The notes under the pieces: generated by a model
The model's input: the letters and a program-made list of their open reading frames with translations, nothing else
The model's database searches: none
Told to the model about the DNA's origin: nothing
Assembly (NCBI GenBank): GCA_013151445.1
Contig: JAADIG010000137.1
Span: forward strand, 18,424 to 82,423
Reading direction: 5' to 3'
Source: Actinomycetota bacterium
GTDB lineage: Bacteria; Actinomycetota; Acidimicrobiia; Spongiisociales; UBA5794
DNA: 64,000 nucleotides
Program-made: the position numbers and the translations under genes
Part shown: in pieces, positions 1 to 9,354 of the stretch
Layout: every line of letters starts with the position of its first letter
Numbering within the stretch: the first letter of the stretch is position 1

Positions 1-162
1 CTCGCCGATTCAGAGTTGGTTGCGTTCATCTCCGTCGGTCGTGATCCCTCGGACCCGGCGAATACGACCGGTGTTGGTATGCCGCCAAAAGGTGGCAACC
101 CGTCGTTGAACGATGCAGACCTGGCGGACATCGTCGCCTACATTCGCTCCCTCAACCCGTAG
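1..162 (+). CDS. C-terminal fragment of a class I c-type cytochrome (5' truncated by window edge)
   Basis: Frame 1 reads ...ELVAFISVGRDPSDPANTTGVGMPPKGGNPSLNDADLADIVAYIRSLNP-stop; MPPKGG..L.D.D...IVAYI is the axial-Met/C-terminal helix pattern of cytochrome c. CxxCH lies outside the window. Confidence 0.75.
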   Translation, partial: LADSELVAFISVGRDPSDPANTTGVGMPPKGGNPSLNDADLADIVAYIRSLNP

Positions 163-188
163 GTTCGTACTCCACGTCGAGTAAGAAC

Positions 189-230
189 GAACCCGCTCCG
201 AGCCTCCGCTCGGAGCGGGTTCTCCTTTGG
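189..230 (+). terminator. Intrinsic terminator-like hairpin after the cytochrome c gene
   Basis: Perfect 15-bp stem GAACCCGCTCCGAGC (189-203) / GCTCGGAGCGGGTTC (208-222), 4-nt loop, followed by TCCTTT. Confidence 0.75.
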
Positions 231-309
231 GCACCGGTCACCGTCGTTGCGCCGGCCAGGATATGGCATTTACCGTGCTGAGGACGCCTCGAATATGTGT
301 TTGAAGCCT

Positions 310-336
310 TAAGGGCTGGAGTTCTGGGGTCGATAG
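310..336 (+). promoter_or_regulatory. Candidate sigma28 (FliA/WhiG-type) promoter for the cheA-like gene
   Basis: TAAG (310-313) - 15 nt - GTCGATAG (329-336), close to the TAAA-N15-GCCGATAA consensus; 36 nt before the GTG start. Confidence 0.45.
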
Positions 337-372
337 ACAGAACGTGGCAATCAAGCAGAAAGATTCGGTTAC

Positions 373-2565
373 GTGACCTGGGCCGCAGACCCCGAGTTGC
401 TGGAAATGTTCCTTGGCGAAGTCGAGGAACGTTCGACGCGCCTTATCGCGGGCAGCACAGCAATAGTCGAAGGGACGCTGACCGAACAGCTGGCGGGGGA
501 GATGGTTCGCCAAGCGCACACGATCAAGGGCACTGGACGCGTCATGGGCTTCGACGCCATCGCCCGGGTTGGTGATGTGCTCGAGCGGCTATGGCGTGAG
601 ATTCAACAGGGATCACGTCCCGCCGACGAAAAGCTTGGTGCCCTCATCAAAAGGCTTGTCGAGGAGTTGATACCATCGAGCCGTGCAAACGCCAAGATCG
701 GTACCCTTCGCCTCTGGAAGAAGCTCAACGCCGTCGAAGAGGCGATCGAATGGGAGCTTTCCGAACCCGAGGAGGACGAGGTTGATGCCGACACCTCCGA
801 ACTCCCAGAGGACGGTACCTCCACGGCCGGAGCCGACACCCAGGACATTCTTGATCTGCTCGACAAGGCCGTCGCCGGACTCACACCACCCACTGTCGAG
901 CCGGATGAATTCATCGATCGTCGTCTTGCGGAAACAAAGGCGTCGTCCCAGCTCCTGCGATACGCGGATACGAGCGACCTGGGTGGGTTGCTCGGAGCGT
1001 TAAACACATGGGCAACTGAACAGGCGGTCAACGTCAACGCTGGCTCCCTCTACCGGATGATCAACAACGTTGCAAGCATTCGTCTCAGCCTGCAAGCCGC
1101 CTTCACCGAAGCCGCCGCGGACACCTCGAACGCCATCCCCGACTCGATGATCGAGGCGCTCGCCGGCCTCGACCGGGCGGCCGTGAGCCTCGAAGCGGAT
1201 GCCCTCGCCCTCGCCTCGGTTCCCCTGAGTGATGTCACTGCGACTCTCAACCAGTTGGTTCGCTACCTGTCCAAGAAACTCGGCAAGGACGTCTCATTCG
1301 AAATTAACGCCGACACGGAGATCTTCGTCGATCGGCAGGTCCGCGAACGCATCGCCGACCCGCTGCGTCAGATGGTTGTCAACGCGGTCCTGCACGGCGT
1401 CGAGCTTCCGGCCGAACGTGAAGCGGCAGGTAAGCCAGCCAGCGCAAAGGTGGTGGTGCATGCGGTCCTGAAGGAAAACCGGCTGGAGCTGCTGGTTGCC
1501 GATGATGGCGCTGGCATCGATTGGGAAGGGGTTCGCAAGATTGCCGTAGACGCCGGTTTGTATACCGCCGGGCGTGGTGCCGACCCGAAGGCGCTGACCC
1601 CAATATTGTTTTCGAAGGGGTTCACAACGATCGATGTCAACGAGGTCGGTGGCCGCGGGGAGGGGCTCTCCCGAGTCGCAGCCGCAGCCGAAGACCTGTA
1701 CGGGCGTGTGACGATCGAGTCGGAACCAGGCAAGGGCACCGGGATCTCGCTGGTTGTGCCAACTACCCGTGCGTTGCAAAGCGTGCTGATTGTCCGCACC
1801 GGCGAACAGATGTGGGGTTTCCCCGAGGCGACTGTCGATGACACCATGCCACTCGCCGAGGTGGTACTCAGTGGCTCCAATCCCGAGACGATGGTGTGGA
1901 AGAGAGCGTCGCTACCCGTCGTCCACCTCGCTGACGTCGTCGGCTCGGAGAGCGTCGGCGGTCCAGGTCAGCAGCTTGTCGTAGTCACCGCTCGGTCGGG
2001 GACCGTTGCTTTTGTCGTCGACTCTTTGGCCGACGTCAAGGAAGTGGTAGCAAAAGAACTGGGACCGATCGTTGCCGGACCATCTCACATCACTGGAGCA
2101 GCTTTGCTCGGCGGTGGCGAGGTGGTACTCCTGCTTGACACCGTCGAACTGGTCGACCGTGTGAGTCGTGGACCAGTCGAACGTGTTGCCGGGAGTCGCA
2201 TCCTGGTCGTCGACGATTCTCAAGGTGCACGAGCGGTTGTCTCCGGAGCCCTCGCTTCGGTGGGGTACGCAACCGACGTTGCTTCCAGCGCCGCCGAGGC
2301 GATAGAGAAACTCGCTGCCCGCGGTGCCGACGCTCTTGTTGTAGATTTCTCCATGCCGGACGCCGATGGTGTCGCCCTCGTCGACGAAGTCCGTGCCCGG
2401 TTTGATCGCCTCCCGATCGTTATGTTGTCCGGCGTCGCCACCGACGAGGATCAGGGTCGCGCCCGTGCGGCCGGTGTCGATGTCTTCTTAGACAAGGATG
2501 ATTTCCGCGAGGGAGCCCTTGCGGATGCCCTCTCGGAACTTCTCTCCAAGGGGGATAACCGATGA
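373..2565 (+). CDS. cheA: CheA-like hybrid histidine kinase (Hpt - acidic linker - dimerisation - HATPase - CheW - REC)
   Basis: Hpt AHTIKG; N-box NAVLHG; G1 DDGAGID; F-box FSKGFTT; G2 GRGEGL; CheW-like ITGAALLGGGEVVLLLD; C-terminal receiver ILVVDDS...DFSMP...FLDK. Confidence 0.88.
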   Translation: MTWAADPELLEMFLGEVEERSTRLIAGSTAIVEGTLTEQLAGEMVRQAHTIKGTGRVMGFDAIARVGDVLERLWREIQQGSRPADEKLGALIKRLVEELIPSSRANAKIGTLRLWKKLNAVEEAIEWELSEPEEDEVDADTSELPEDGTSTAGADTQDILDLLDKAVAGLTPPTVEPDEFIDRRLAETKASSQLLRYADTSDLGGLLGALNTWATEQAVNVNAGSLYRMINNVASIRLSLQAAFTEAAADTSNAIPDSMIEALAGLDRAAVSLEADALALASVPLSDVTATLNQLVRYLSKKLGKDVSFEINADTEIFVDRQVRERIADPLRQMVVNAVLHGVELPAEREAAGKPASAKVVVHAVLKENRLELLVADDGAGIDWEGVRKIAVDAGLYTAGRGADPKALTPILFSKGFTTIDVNEVGGRGEGLSRVAAAAEDLYGRVTIESEPGKGTGISLVVPTTRALQSVLIVRTGEQMWGFPEATVDDTMPLAEVVLSGSNPETMVWKRASLPVVHLADVVGSESVGGPGQQLVVVTARSGTVAFVVDSLADVKEVVAKELGPIVAGPSHITGAALLGGGEVVLLLDTVELVDRVSRGPVERVAGSRILVVDDSQGARAVVSGALASVGYATDVASSAAEAIEKLAARGADALVVDFSMPDADGVALVDEVRARFDRLPIVMLSGVATDEDQGRARAAGVDVFLDKDDFREGALADALSELLSKGDNR

Positions 2566-3554
2566 GAATCCTCATCGCCGATGACTCCCCAGTTCTGCGG
2601 ATGGCGGTCTCCAAACTGCTTGAGGCCGAGGGGTTCGAAGTCTCGACCGCCGCCGATGGTATCGAGGCGGTGACCAGTGTGTACGAGTCGCCACCGGACC
2701 TGGTCTTGCTCGACGTCAAGATGCCCCGACTCACCGGCTACGTGGCCTGTCGGCTCATCAAGGAGGATCCGCTTACCGCACAGATCCCCATCCTTATCCT
2801 CACCTCATTGGACTCGGAGGAGGATCGCTATTGGGGTCAGAACTCCGGGGCGGACGGTTATGTCACGAAGGATTCTCTCGGCGCTGGCCTAGTCGCAGCG
2901 ATCAACTCAGCACTCGCGACCCGAGCGTTGACCGACCTGACGAGTAGACCGAGCGTACAAGTTGTGCCATCGATGGGTGCCGCCGATGTGCTGACCCGAG
3001 TGTGCGAGATGCTTGACCGCAAGTTGTTCGAGATGACCGTCGTGAACTCGATGACGGCGATCAGTATGCGCTCATTGAGTGTCCCGGTGTCGATCGAGCA
3101 GGTGTTTGCAGAAGTGAGACACGTGGTCCAATACGATGTTGGCGCCGTTTTGACCTTGGAAAACCGCCTGATCCATTTCTGGGCCGCGGAGACGATTGGC
3201 CAGGATGGGCTAACCCGCCTCAAGCAAGTGGCCGTCGACAGTGTGGCGCGGTTCTCGGGAAGCGAGCCTCATATCGATGCGGTACGTCTCGTCGAAGTTG
3301 GGAAGTCCGGTGATCGGATCACCGAAGGAAAGTCGATCGAGTCCGTGTATACGGCACCGCTGCGCGGACACGGCACCTTGATAGGGGTACTTGTTCTCGC
3401 ATCGACGCGACCCACGGCCTTCCCCGATCAGGTTCTCACCACCGTGCGAACTCTGGTGCCGGCTATCGCCGGTGTGGTGGAGTCGGCCCTGACGTTCCGC
3501 CAGGCTATGCAGCAAGAGGTTCAGTCGAACCTGACAGCCATCAGCGGTATGTAA
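2562..3554 (+). CDS. Response regulator with N-terminal REC and C-terminal GAF-like domain
   Basis: MRILIADDS, LVLLDVKMP, ILTS, YVTK receiver motifs; C-terminal S.YTAPLRGHGTLIGVLVL...AF GAF pattern; ATGA overlap with cheA. Confidence 0.8.
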   Translation: MRILIADDSPVLRMAVSKLLEAEGFEVSTAADGIEAVTSVYESPPDLVLLDVKMPRLTGYVACRLIKEDPLTAQIPILILTSLDSEEDRYWGQNSGADGYVTKDSLGAGLVAAINSALATRALTDLTSRPSVQVVPSMGAADVLTRVCEMLDRKLFEMTVVNSMTAISMRSLSVPVSIEQVFAEVRHVVQYDVGAVLTLENRLIHFWAAETIGQDGLTRLKQVAVDSVARFSGSEPHIDAVRLVEVGKSGDRITEGKSIESVYTAPLRGHGTLIGVLVLASTRPTAFPDQVLTTVRTLVPAIAGVVESALTFRQAMQQEVQSNLTAISGM

Positions 3555-3688
3555 CGCACCATTGTGCAACCCGCTCAGTGCGCGACCGGTCGTGGTCGTG
3601 ATAGACGCCTGTTTGTCGTCCAGGCCCAACGGCCCTCAAATGACATCGCTGTAATCAGGTCCGACGGACATCGTATACTTCGGGTCTC

Positions 3689-5893
3689 ATGACTGACTCC
3701 CCCCTGCTCGAAGACCTCAATCCCTCCCAACGCGAGGCCGTTGCCGCAACCGAAGGCCCCGTTCTGGTTGTTGCCGGCGCTGGTTCGGGGAAGACCCGTG
3801 TATTGACTCGGCGGATAGCGCATCTGATTCGCGACCTCGGGGTGTCTCCACAGGCGATTCTGGCGATCACCTTCACGAACAAGGCCGCATCCGAGATGAA
3901 GGAGAGGGTGAGCGAGCTTGTCGGCCCGATGGCCGAACGGATGTGGGTGTCGACATTCCATAGTTCCTGTGCCCGGATTCTGCGTGCGGATGCACACAAC
4001 CTCGGCTACCGGTCTGCCTTCTCGATCTACGATTCCGCTGACTCCCTCAGGCTTATCACACTGTGTATTCGTGATCTGGACATGGATCCGAAACGATTCC
4101 CTCCACGCAACATTCGGGCAACGATTAGCTCAGCCAAGAACGAGCTGATGGACTACGAGACTTTCGCTCAGACGGACAGCGGGTTTTTCCACGAGCAAGT
4201 CGCCGATATCTATCGGCTCTATCAGCAACGCCTGATCGAGGCGTCGGCGATGGATTTCGACGACCTCTTGATGTTGACCGTTGAACTCCTCACCGCGTTC
4301 CCCGATGTTCTTGCCAAGTACCAGGACCGGTTCCAGTACGTCCTTGTTGATGAGTACCAGGACACCAACCATGCGCAGTACATGATGGTGAAACTGCTCA
4401 CCGAACGACACAAGAACCTGTGTGTCGTCGGTGACTCCGACCAGTCCATCTATGCGTTTCGCGGTGCGGACATTCGCAACATCAACGAGTTCGAGAAGGA
4501 CTACCGCGATGCGCGCATCATTCTGCTCGAACAGAACTATCGGTCAACACAGACGATTCTCGAAGCTGCGAATGCCGTTATTTCCAACAACGGAAGTCGT
4601 AAGCCGAAGCGTCTTTGGACCGATGTCGGGTCGGGTGAAAAGATCGTGACGTTCGAGGGCGAAGATGAGCGCGACGAGGCTGCGTTCATCTCGGAAACCG
4701 TCGGTGCCTTGCAGGACTCGGTGGCGCTGTCGAAGATGGCAGTGTTCTACCGAACCAACGCGCAGGCGCGGGTCATCGAAGAAACCTTCGCCCGCTACCA
4801 GGTGCCGTACCAGGTAGTTGGTGGCCTGAAGTACTACGACCGACGCGAGGTGAAGGATGCGCTCGCTTACGTGCGTGGCATTGTGAATCCTGACGACCAG
4901 GTAGCGTTGCGGCGGATCATCAACGTGCCTAAACGTGCGATAGGGGACACCTCGGTTGCCCATGTTGACCGGTTCGCCGAGGAGAGAGGGATCGGGTTTT
5001 GGGAGGCCCTCCAGCATTCGGCCGACAACGATCGCCTATCGGCTCGGGCCAAGAAGGCGATCGCCGAATTCGTGGCCCTCATGGACCAGCTTGCCTTTGA
5101 GTCCGCCATGGGGCCCAAGGCAGCGTTCGAGGCCGTCCTGAACACCACCGGCTATCTCGACGCGATCCGGGCGGAACGTTCGATCGAAGCGATGGGTAGG
5201 GAGGAGAACCTGCGCGAGCTGGTTGCGGCGGCGGCGGAGTTCGAGGAGACCGGCCCCGCATCGCTTGGCGACATCGACTGGGACAAGCTCGACGGGCCGC
5301 GCAAGTTAGAGATGTTCCTGGAAACGATCGCCCTGGTGACCGATGTCGACTCGATGGACGAGACCGAATCGGTCACCCTGATGACACTCCACAACGCCAA
5401 GGGCCTGGAGTTCCCGGTGGTTTTCATGAGCGGGATGGAGGACGGCGTTTTCCCACACATGCGTGCGCTGGGAGATCCCGCAGAGCTTGAGGAGGAACGC
5501 CGCCTCTGTTACGTGGGTATCACCAGAGCCCGCCAACGTCTGTATATGACAGGCGCGTCGAGCAGGAACATGTTCGGCACGAACAACTACAACTCGCGGA
5601 GTCGGTTCTTCACGGAGATCCCCTCACACCTTCTTGAGGAGGCCCGGCGATCGCGGCGTCGGTCGACCTTGGAGGCCGCTCCCGCATCGGGACGGCGTGC
5701 GCTGGTACCAAACGCGGGTGCACTTTCATCGGATGAGATCACGGCCGGGGATCGGGTGCGTCACAAACAATGGGGCGCCGGCGTCGTTCGTGAGGTACGG
5801 GGGGTTGGGGACTCCGCCGAGGCCTACGTCGTGTTTGATGCCACCGGTACCAAGCGGCTGTTACTGGCGTGGGCCCCACTCGAAAAGGTATAG
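3689..5893 (+). CDS. pcrA: ATP-dependent DNA helicase PcrA/UvrD
   Basis: AGAGSGKT, TFTNKAA, DEYQD, VGDSDQSIY, QNYRS, TLHNAKGLEF, YVGITRA; C-terminal Tudor-like GDRVRHKQWG. Confidence 0.97.
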   Translation: MTDSPLLEDLNPSQREAVAATEGPVLVVAGAGSGKTRVLTRRIAHLIRDLGVSPQAILAITFTNKAASEMKERVSELVGPMAERMWVSTFHSSCARILRADAHNLGYRSAFSIYDSADSLRLITLCIRDLDMDPKRFPPRNIRATISSAKNELMDYETFAQTDSGFFHEQVADIYRLYQQRLIEASAMDFDDLLMLTVELLTAFPDVLAKYQDRFQYVLVDEYQDTNHAQYMMVKLLTERHKNLCVVGDSDQSIYAFRGADIRNINEFEKDYRDARIILLEQNYRSTQTILEAANAVISNNGSRKPKRLWTDVGSGEKIVTFEGEDERDEAAFISETVGALQDSVALSKMAVFYRTNAQARVIEETFARYQVPYQVVGGLKYYDRREVKDALAYVRGIVNPDDQVALRRIINVPKRAIGDTSVAHVDRFAEERGIGFWEALQHSADNDRLSARAKKAIAEFVALMDQLAFESAMGPKAAFEAVLNTTGYLDAIRAERSIEAMGREENLRELVAAAAEFEETGPASLGDIDWDKLDGPRKLEMFLETIALVTDVDSMDETESVTLMTLHNAKGLEFPVVFMSGMEDGVFPHMRALGDPAELEEERRLCYVGITRARQRLYMTGASSRNMFGTNNYNSRSRFFTEIPSHLLEEARRSRRRSTLEAAPASGRRALVPNAGALSSDEITAGDRVRHKQWGAGVVREVRGVGDSAEAYVVFDATGTKRLLLAWAPLEKV

Positions 5894-5975
5894 CTTGTGA
5901 CACGCTGCCATCAGTTCTGAGGGGGGCGGTGGCGGGATGGGTAGATCGCTGTGGACGGGCTAACCTCCGTGGGTT

Positions 5976-6371
5976 ATGCCAGCACGTGTTCTTATCGCAA
6001 AACCGGGTCTCGACGGTCACGACCGTGGAGCGAAGGTGGTGGCGAGGGCGTTGCGAGACGCCGGCTGCGAGGTGATCTATTCGGGTCTGCATCAGACACC
6101 GGAACAGATCGTTGAAATCGCCATCCAGGAAGACGTAGACGGGATCGGATTATCGGTCCTTTCGGGTGCCCACCTCACGGTGTTCCCCCGAGTCATGGAA
6201 ATCCTCAAGGAACGAGGAATCGATGACATTGTCGTATTCGGTGGCGGGGTTATCCCCGACCAGGACATCGAGACCCTTAAGCAGGCTGGCCTGGCTGAGA
6301 TCTTTACCCCCGGGACATCGTTGCACGATATTGCCGAGTGGGTCCGTAACAACCTTCACAATGACGAATGA
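5976..6371 (+). CDS. Stand-alone cobalamin-binding subunit of an acyl-CoA mutase (IcmB/MCM C-terminal type)
   Basis: [11 protein letters not shown] (DxHxxG), SVLSGAH, FGGGVIP, IFTPG motifs. Confidence 0.92.
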   Translation: MPARVLIAKPGLDGHDRGAKVVARALRDAGCEVIYSGLHQTPEQIVEIAIQEDVDGIGLSVLSGAHLTVFPRVMEILKERGIDDIVVFGGGVIPDQDIETLKQAGLAEIFTPGTSLHDIAEWVRNNLHNDE

Positions 6372-6428
6372 CCAGCATGCCCGCCCGGTACGAGACCGTA
6401 TCAAGCGAGAACGTGCCGAGGAGGCCTC

Positions 6429-7652
6429 TTGAAGATTCATGAGTACCAAGCCAAGGAGCTGATGAAGGCTCGTGGCATTGCCGTCCCAGTGGGAACGATG
6501 GCGACGACCGTCGAAGAGGCGGTCGCCGCGGTGCGCCCACTCATTGAGAGTTCTGGTAATCCCGTGGTTGTCGTGAAGTCGCAGATCCACGCCGGAGGGC
6601 GTGGCAAGGGCCGCTTCAAGGAGCACCCGGATCTCGGTGGCGTAACGGTGGTGCTCGACGGCCTCAAGGGTGGTGTCGAGGCGACCGAGGCGAAGGTCCG
6701 TGAGCTTGCCGACAAGATGCTTGGCGCGACTCTGGTAACGATTCAGACCGGACCCGAGGGCAAACAGGTGAACCGGCTGTACGTGGAGCAGGGTATCGAT
6801 ATTGCGACCGAATTGTACGTGTCGGTCGTGCTTGACCGGTCCAGTTCCCGCAACATCGTGATGGTGTCTACCGAGGGCGGCACCGAGATCGAAGAGGTGG
6901 CTGCCAACACCCCGGAGAAGATACTCAAAGAGGAGATCACCCCCGGGTTCGGCCTCCTGCCGTTCCAGGCTCGAGCCATTGCCTACGGTCTTGGTCTCGA
7001 AGGAGCGGCGTTCAAGAACGGTGTGAAGTTCATGCACCTGCTCGCCGACGCGGCCGTCGAGCTCGACACGGACATGATCGAGATCAACCCGCTTGTCGTC
7101 ACGACCGACGGTGACGTGATGGCGTTGGATGGCAAGATGAGTTTCGAATCGAATGCGCTGTTCCGCCATCCGGATGTCGTGGCGATGCGCGACGACTCCG
7201 AGGAGGACCCTGCGGAGCTAGAAGCGAGCGGGTATGACCTTTCCTTCATCAAGCTCGATGGATCTATCGGTTGCATGGTGAATGGTGCGGGGCTTGCGAT
7301 GGCGACGATGGATATCATCAAGTACGTCGGCGGCGAGCCCGCCAACTTCCTCGATGTCGGTGGCGGTGCAACCGCAGAGAAGGTCACGGCTGCATTCAAG
7401 ATCATCACTCGCGATCCCAGCGTCAAAGGCATTTTTGTCAACATCTTTGGCGGCATTATGAAGTGTGACACGATCGCCGAAGGGGTCGTGACCGCGGTGA
7501 AGGAAGTCGGACTTGAGGTGCCGCTCGTGGTACGTCTTGAGGGCACCAATGTTGAGCTGGGTAAACAGATCATCAATGAATCCGGGTTGAACGTGGTGAG
7601 TGCCGAAGACATGTTGGATGGCGCAAAGAAGATAGTGGAGTTGACCGAATGA
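6429..7652 (+). CDS. sucC: Succinyl-CoA synthetase beta subunit
   Basis: [62 protein letters not shown]; TTG start. Confidence 0.95.
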   Translation: MKIHEYQAKELMKARGIAVPVGTMATTVEEAVAAVRPLIESSGNPVVVVKSQIHAGGRGKGRFKEHPDLGGVTVVLDGLKGGVEATEAKVRELADKMLGATLVTIQTGPEGKQVNRLYVEQGIDIATELYVSVVLDRSSSRNIVMVSTEGGTEIEEVAANTPEKILKEEITPGFGLLPFQARAIAYGLGLEGAAFKNGVKFMHLLADAAVELDTDMIEINPLVVTTDGDVMALDGKMSFESNALFRHPDVVAMRDDSEEDPAELEASGYDLSFIKLDGSIGCMVNGAGLAMATMDIIKYVGGEPANFLDVGGGATAEKVTAAFKIITRDPSVKGIFVNIFGGIMKCDTIAEGVVTAVKEVGLEVPLVVRLEGTNVELGKQIINESGLNVVSAEDMLDGAKKIVELTE

Positions 7653-8575
7653 GTGTGTTGGTCTCGAAAGACACAAAGGTTCTCATCCAGGGCATGGGGA
7701 AGACCGGCCGGTTCCATACTGATAAGGCAATTGCCTACGGCACGCAGATGGTTGGGGCGGTGCATCCGTCACGGGCCGGACAGACGGAGGCGTTTTCCGG
7801 CGAAACCGACCACTCTGGCGTGCAGGGTCGCCCCGACACCTACGCCGCGGACATTCCGATCTTTCGCACGGTCACCGAGGCGATCGACGCCACCGGTGCG
7901 ACCGTTTCGGTTGTGTATGTGCCGCCGCCGTTTGCAGCCGACGCAATCATGGAGGCCGCCGACGCCGGTCTGGAGCTTGTGATTTGTGTGACCGAGGGCA
8001 TCCCAGTCGCCGACATGGTGAACGCCAAACAGTTCCTCGCTGGTACGAACACCCGTCTGGTGGGGCCGAACTGTCCGGGTGTTATCACGCCGCAGGAGTG
8101 CAAGATCGGCATCATGCCGGGGTACATTCACACGCCGGGGAAGATCGGCGTGATTTCGCGCTCGGGCACACTCACTTACGAAGCTGTGTTCCAACTCACC
8201 AACAATGGTCTCGGGCAGACAACTGCCATCGGGATCGGTGGTGACCCGGTGAATGGCACTAACTTTGTTGACTGTCTCGCCCTGTTCAACGATGATCCCG
8301 ATACCGAGGGTGTCATCATGATCGGAGAGATCGGAGGCACCGCGGAAGAGGAAGCCTGCGAGTGGATCAAGGCCAACATGACGAAACCGGTCGCTGGTTT
8401 CATTGCGGGGACAACGGCCCCTCCCGGCAAGCGCATGGGTCACGCCGGTGCAATCATTTCCGGAGGCAAGGGCACGGCCGCTGACAAAATTTCCGCGATG
8501 GAGGCTGCCGGCGTTGTGGTTGCTCCGACACCGACCGACATGGGTGCGGCCATGCTCCAGGCGTTAGATCGCTGA
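7649..8575 (+). CDS. sucD: Succinyl-CoA synthetase alpha subunit
   Basis: [33 protein letters not shown] (phospho-His); ATGA overlap with sucC. Confidence 0.96.
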   Translation: MSVLVSKDTKVLIQGMGKTGRFHTDKAIAYGTQMVGAVHPSRAGQTEAFSGETDHSGVQGRPDTYAADIPIFRTVTEAIDATGATVSVVYVPPPFAADAIMEAADAGLELVICVTEGIPVADMVNAKQFLAGTNTRLVGPNCPGVITPQECKIGIMPGYIHTPGKIGVISRSGTLTYEAVFQLTNNGLGQTTAIGIGGDPVNGTNFVDCLALFNDDPDTEGVIMIGEIGGTAEEEACEWIKANMTKPVAGFIAGTTAPPGKRMGHAGAIISGGKGTAADKISAMEAAGVVVAPTPTDMGAAMLQALDR

Positions 8576-8626
8576 GTCTCGTTTCGGCACCGTCGACCGA
8601 TGACCGTGGGGACTGATCGTCACAAC

Positions 8627-8656
8627 TTGACGTTTAGTTGACCGACCATCTAGTAT
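8627..8656 (+). promoter_or_regulatory. sigma70-type promoter of tetR (leaderless) with an overlapping operator
   Basis: TTGACG (8627-8632), 18 nt, TAGTAT (8651-8656), ATG 6 nt later; operator-like TAGTTGACCGACCATCTA at 8635-8652. Confidence 0.7.
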
Positions 8657-8662
8657 GCCCGC

Positions 8663-9259
8663 ATGGGTAGAACAAGTGACGCCAAGGAACGCCTCCTGAG
8701 AACCGGAGGTGAGCTGATTCATCAACGTGGTTACTCCGCGGTGAGCATCAGCGATGCTTGCGCCGAAGCGGGTGTCAAGAAGGGCAGCTTCTATCACTTC
8801 TTCCCGTCGAAAGTGGACTTCATGGCGTCCGTCATTGCGGACTATTCGGCGCGTACCGCCACCGCCTACGATGAGGTAGCCCACGGTGACGCCCCACCGC
8901 TGGACCGGCTGGCGTACTACCTCGACGGCATCAAGACCTATCACATCGAGCTGCAGGGTCTCTACGGCAAGGTTGTTGGGTGTCCGATCGGAAACCTTGC
9001 TCTTGAGATGAGCACGCTCGAGGCGGAGCTGCGTACCAGCGTCCGTGACGAGTTATCCGCCAATCGGGCATCCTTTGAGATGTGTGTTAGAGAAGCCATC
9101 GACAGGGGTGACATCCCGGCGATGGATCCCGGTGCGGCCGCAAGGGCGATCCAGGCACAGATTCAGGGAATGGTCATGCAGGCCAAGGTCGAGGACAATC
9201 CGGACGCGCTGGACGGCCTCCGTGCGTCGGTGTTCCAACTTCTTGGTGTTGTCGGGTAA
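8663..9259 (+). CDS. TetR/AcrR family regulator (NemR-like)
   Basis: HTH GYSAVSISDACAEAGVKKGSFYHFFPSK; C-terminal GCPIGNLALEMS typical of NemR-like TetRs. Confidence 0.92.
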   Translation: MGRTSDAKERLLRTGGELIHQRGYSAVSISDACAEAGVKKGSFYHFFPSKVDFMASVIADYSARTATAYDEVAHGDAPPLDRLAYYLDGIKTYHIELQGLYGKVVGCPIGNLALEMSTLEAELRTSVRDELSANRASFEMCVREAIDRGDIPAMDPGAAARAIQAQIQGMVMQAKVEDNPDALDGLRASVFQLLGVVG

Positions 9260-9310
9260 ACCAGGATCATCGGGACCATCAACACCACCCTCCTTTTTTT
9301 TCGAGATCAA

Positions 9311-9328
9311 TAGACAACCGGTCAACTA
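9311..9328 (+). promoter_or_regulatory. Second TetR operator copy, upstream of the SDR gene
   Basis: TAGACAACCGGTCAACTA; its reverse complement matches 8635-8652 at 14/18 nt. Confidence 0.6.
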
Positions 9329-9354
9329 AGACCACAATGAGAGGAAAACCAACC

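Noticed and set aside
321-343. GTTCTGGGGTC...GACAGAAC as a repeat-family copy
   Set aside because: Only 23 nt and overlaps the sigma28-like promoter; could be chance.
6150-7765. Long antisense ORFs (339 and 260 aa) over sucC
   Set aside because: Shadow ORFs from codon bias; sucC explains the region.
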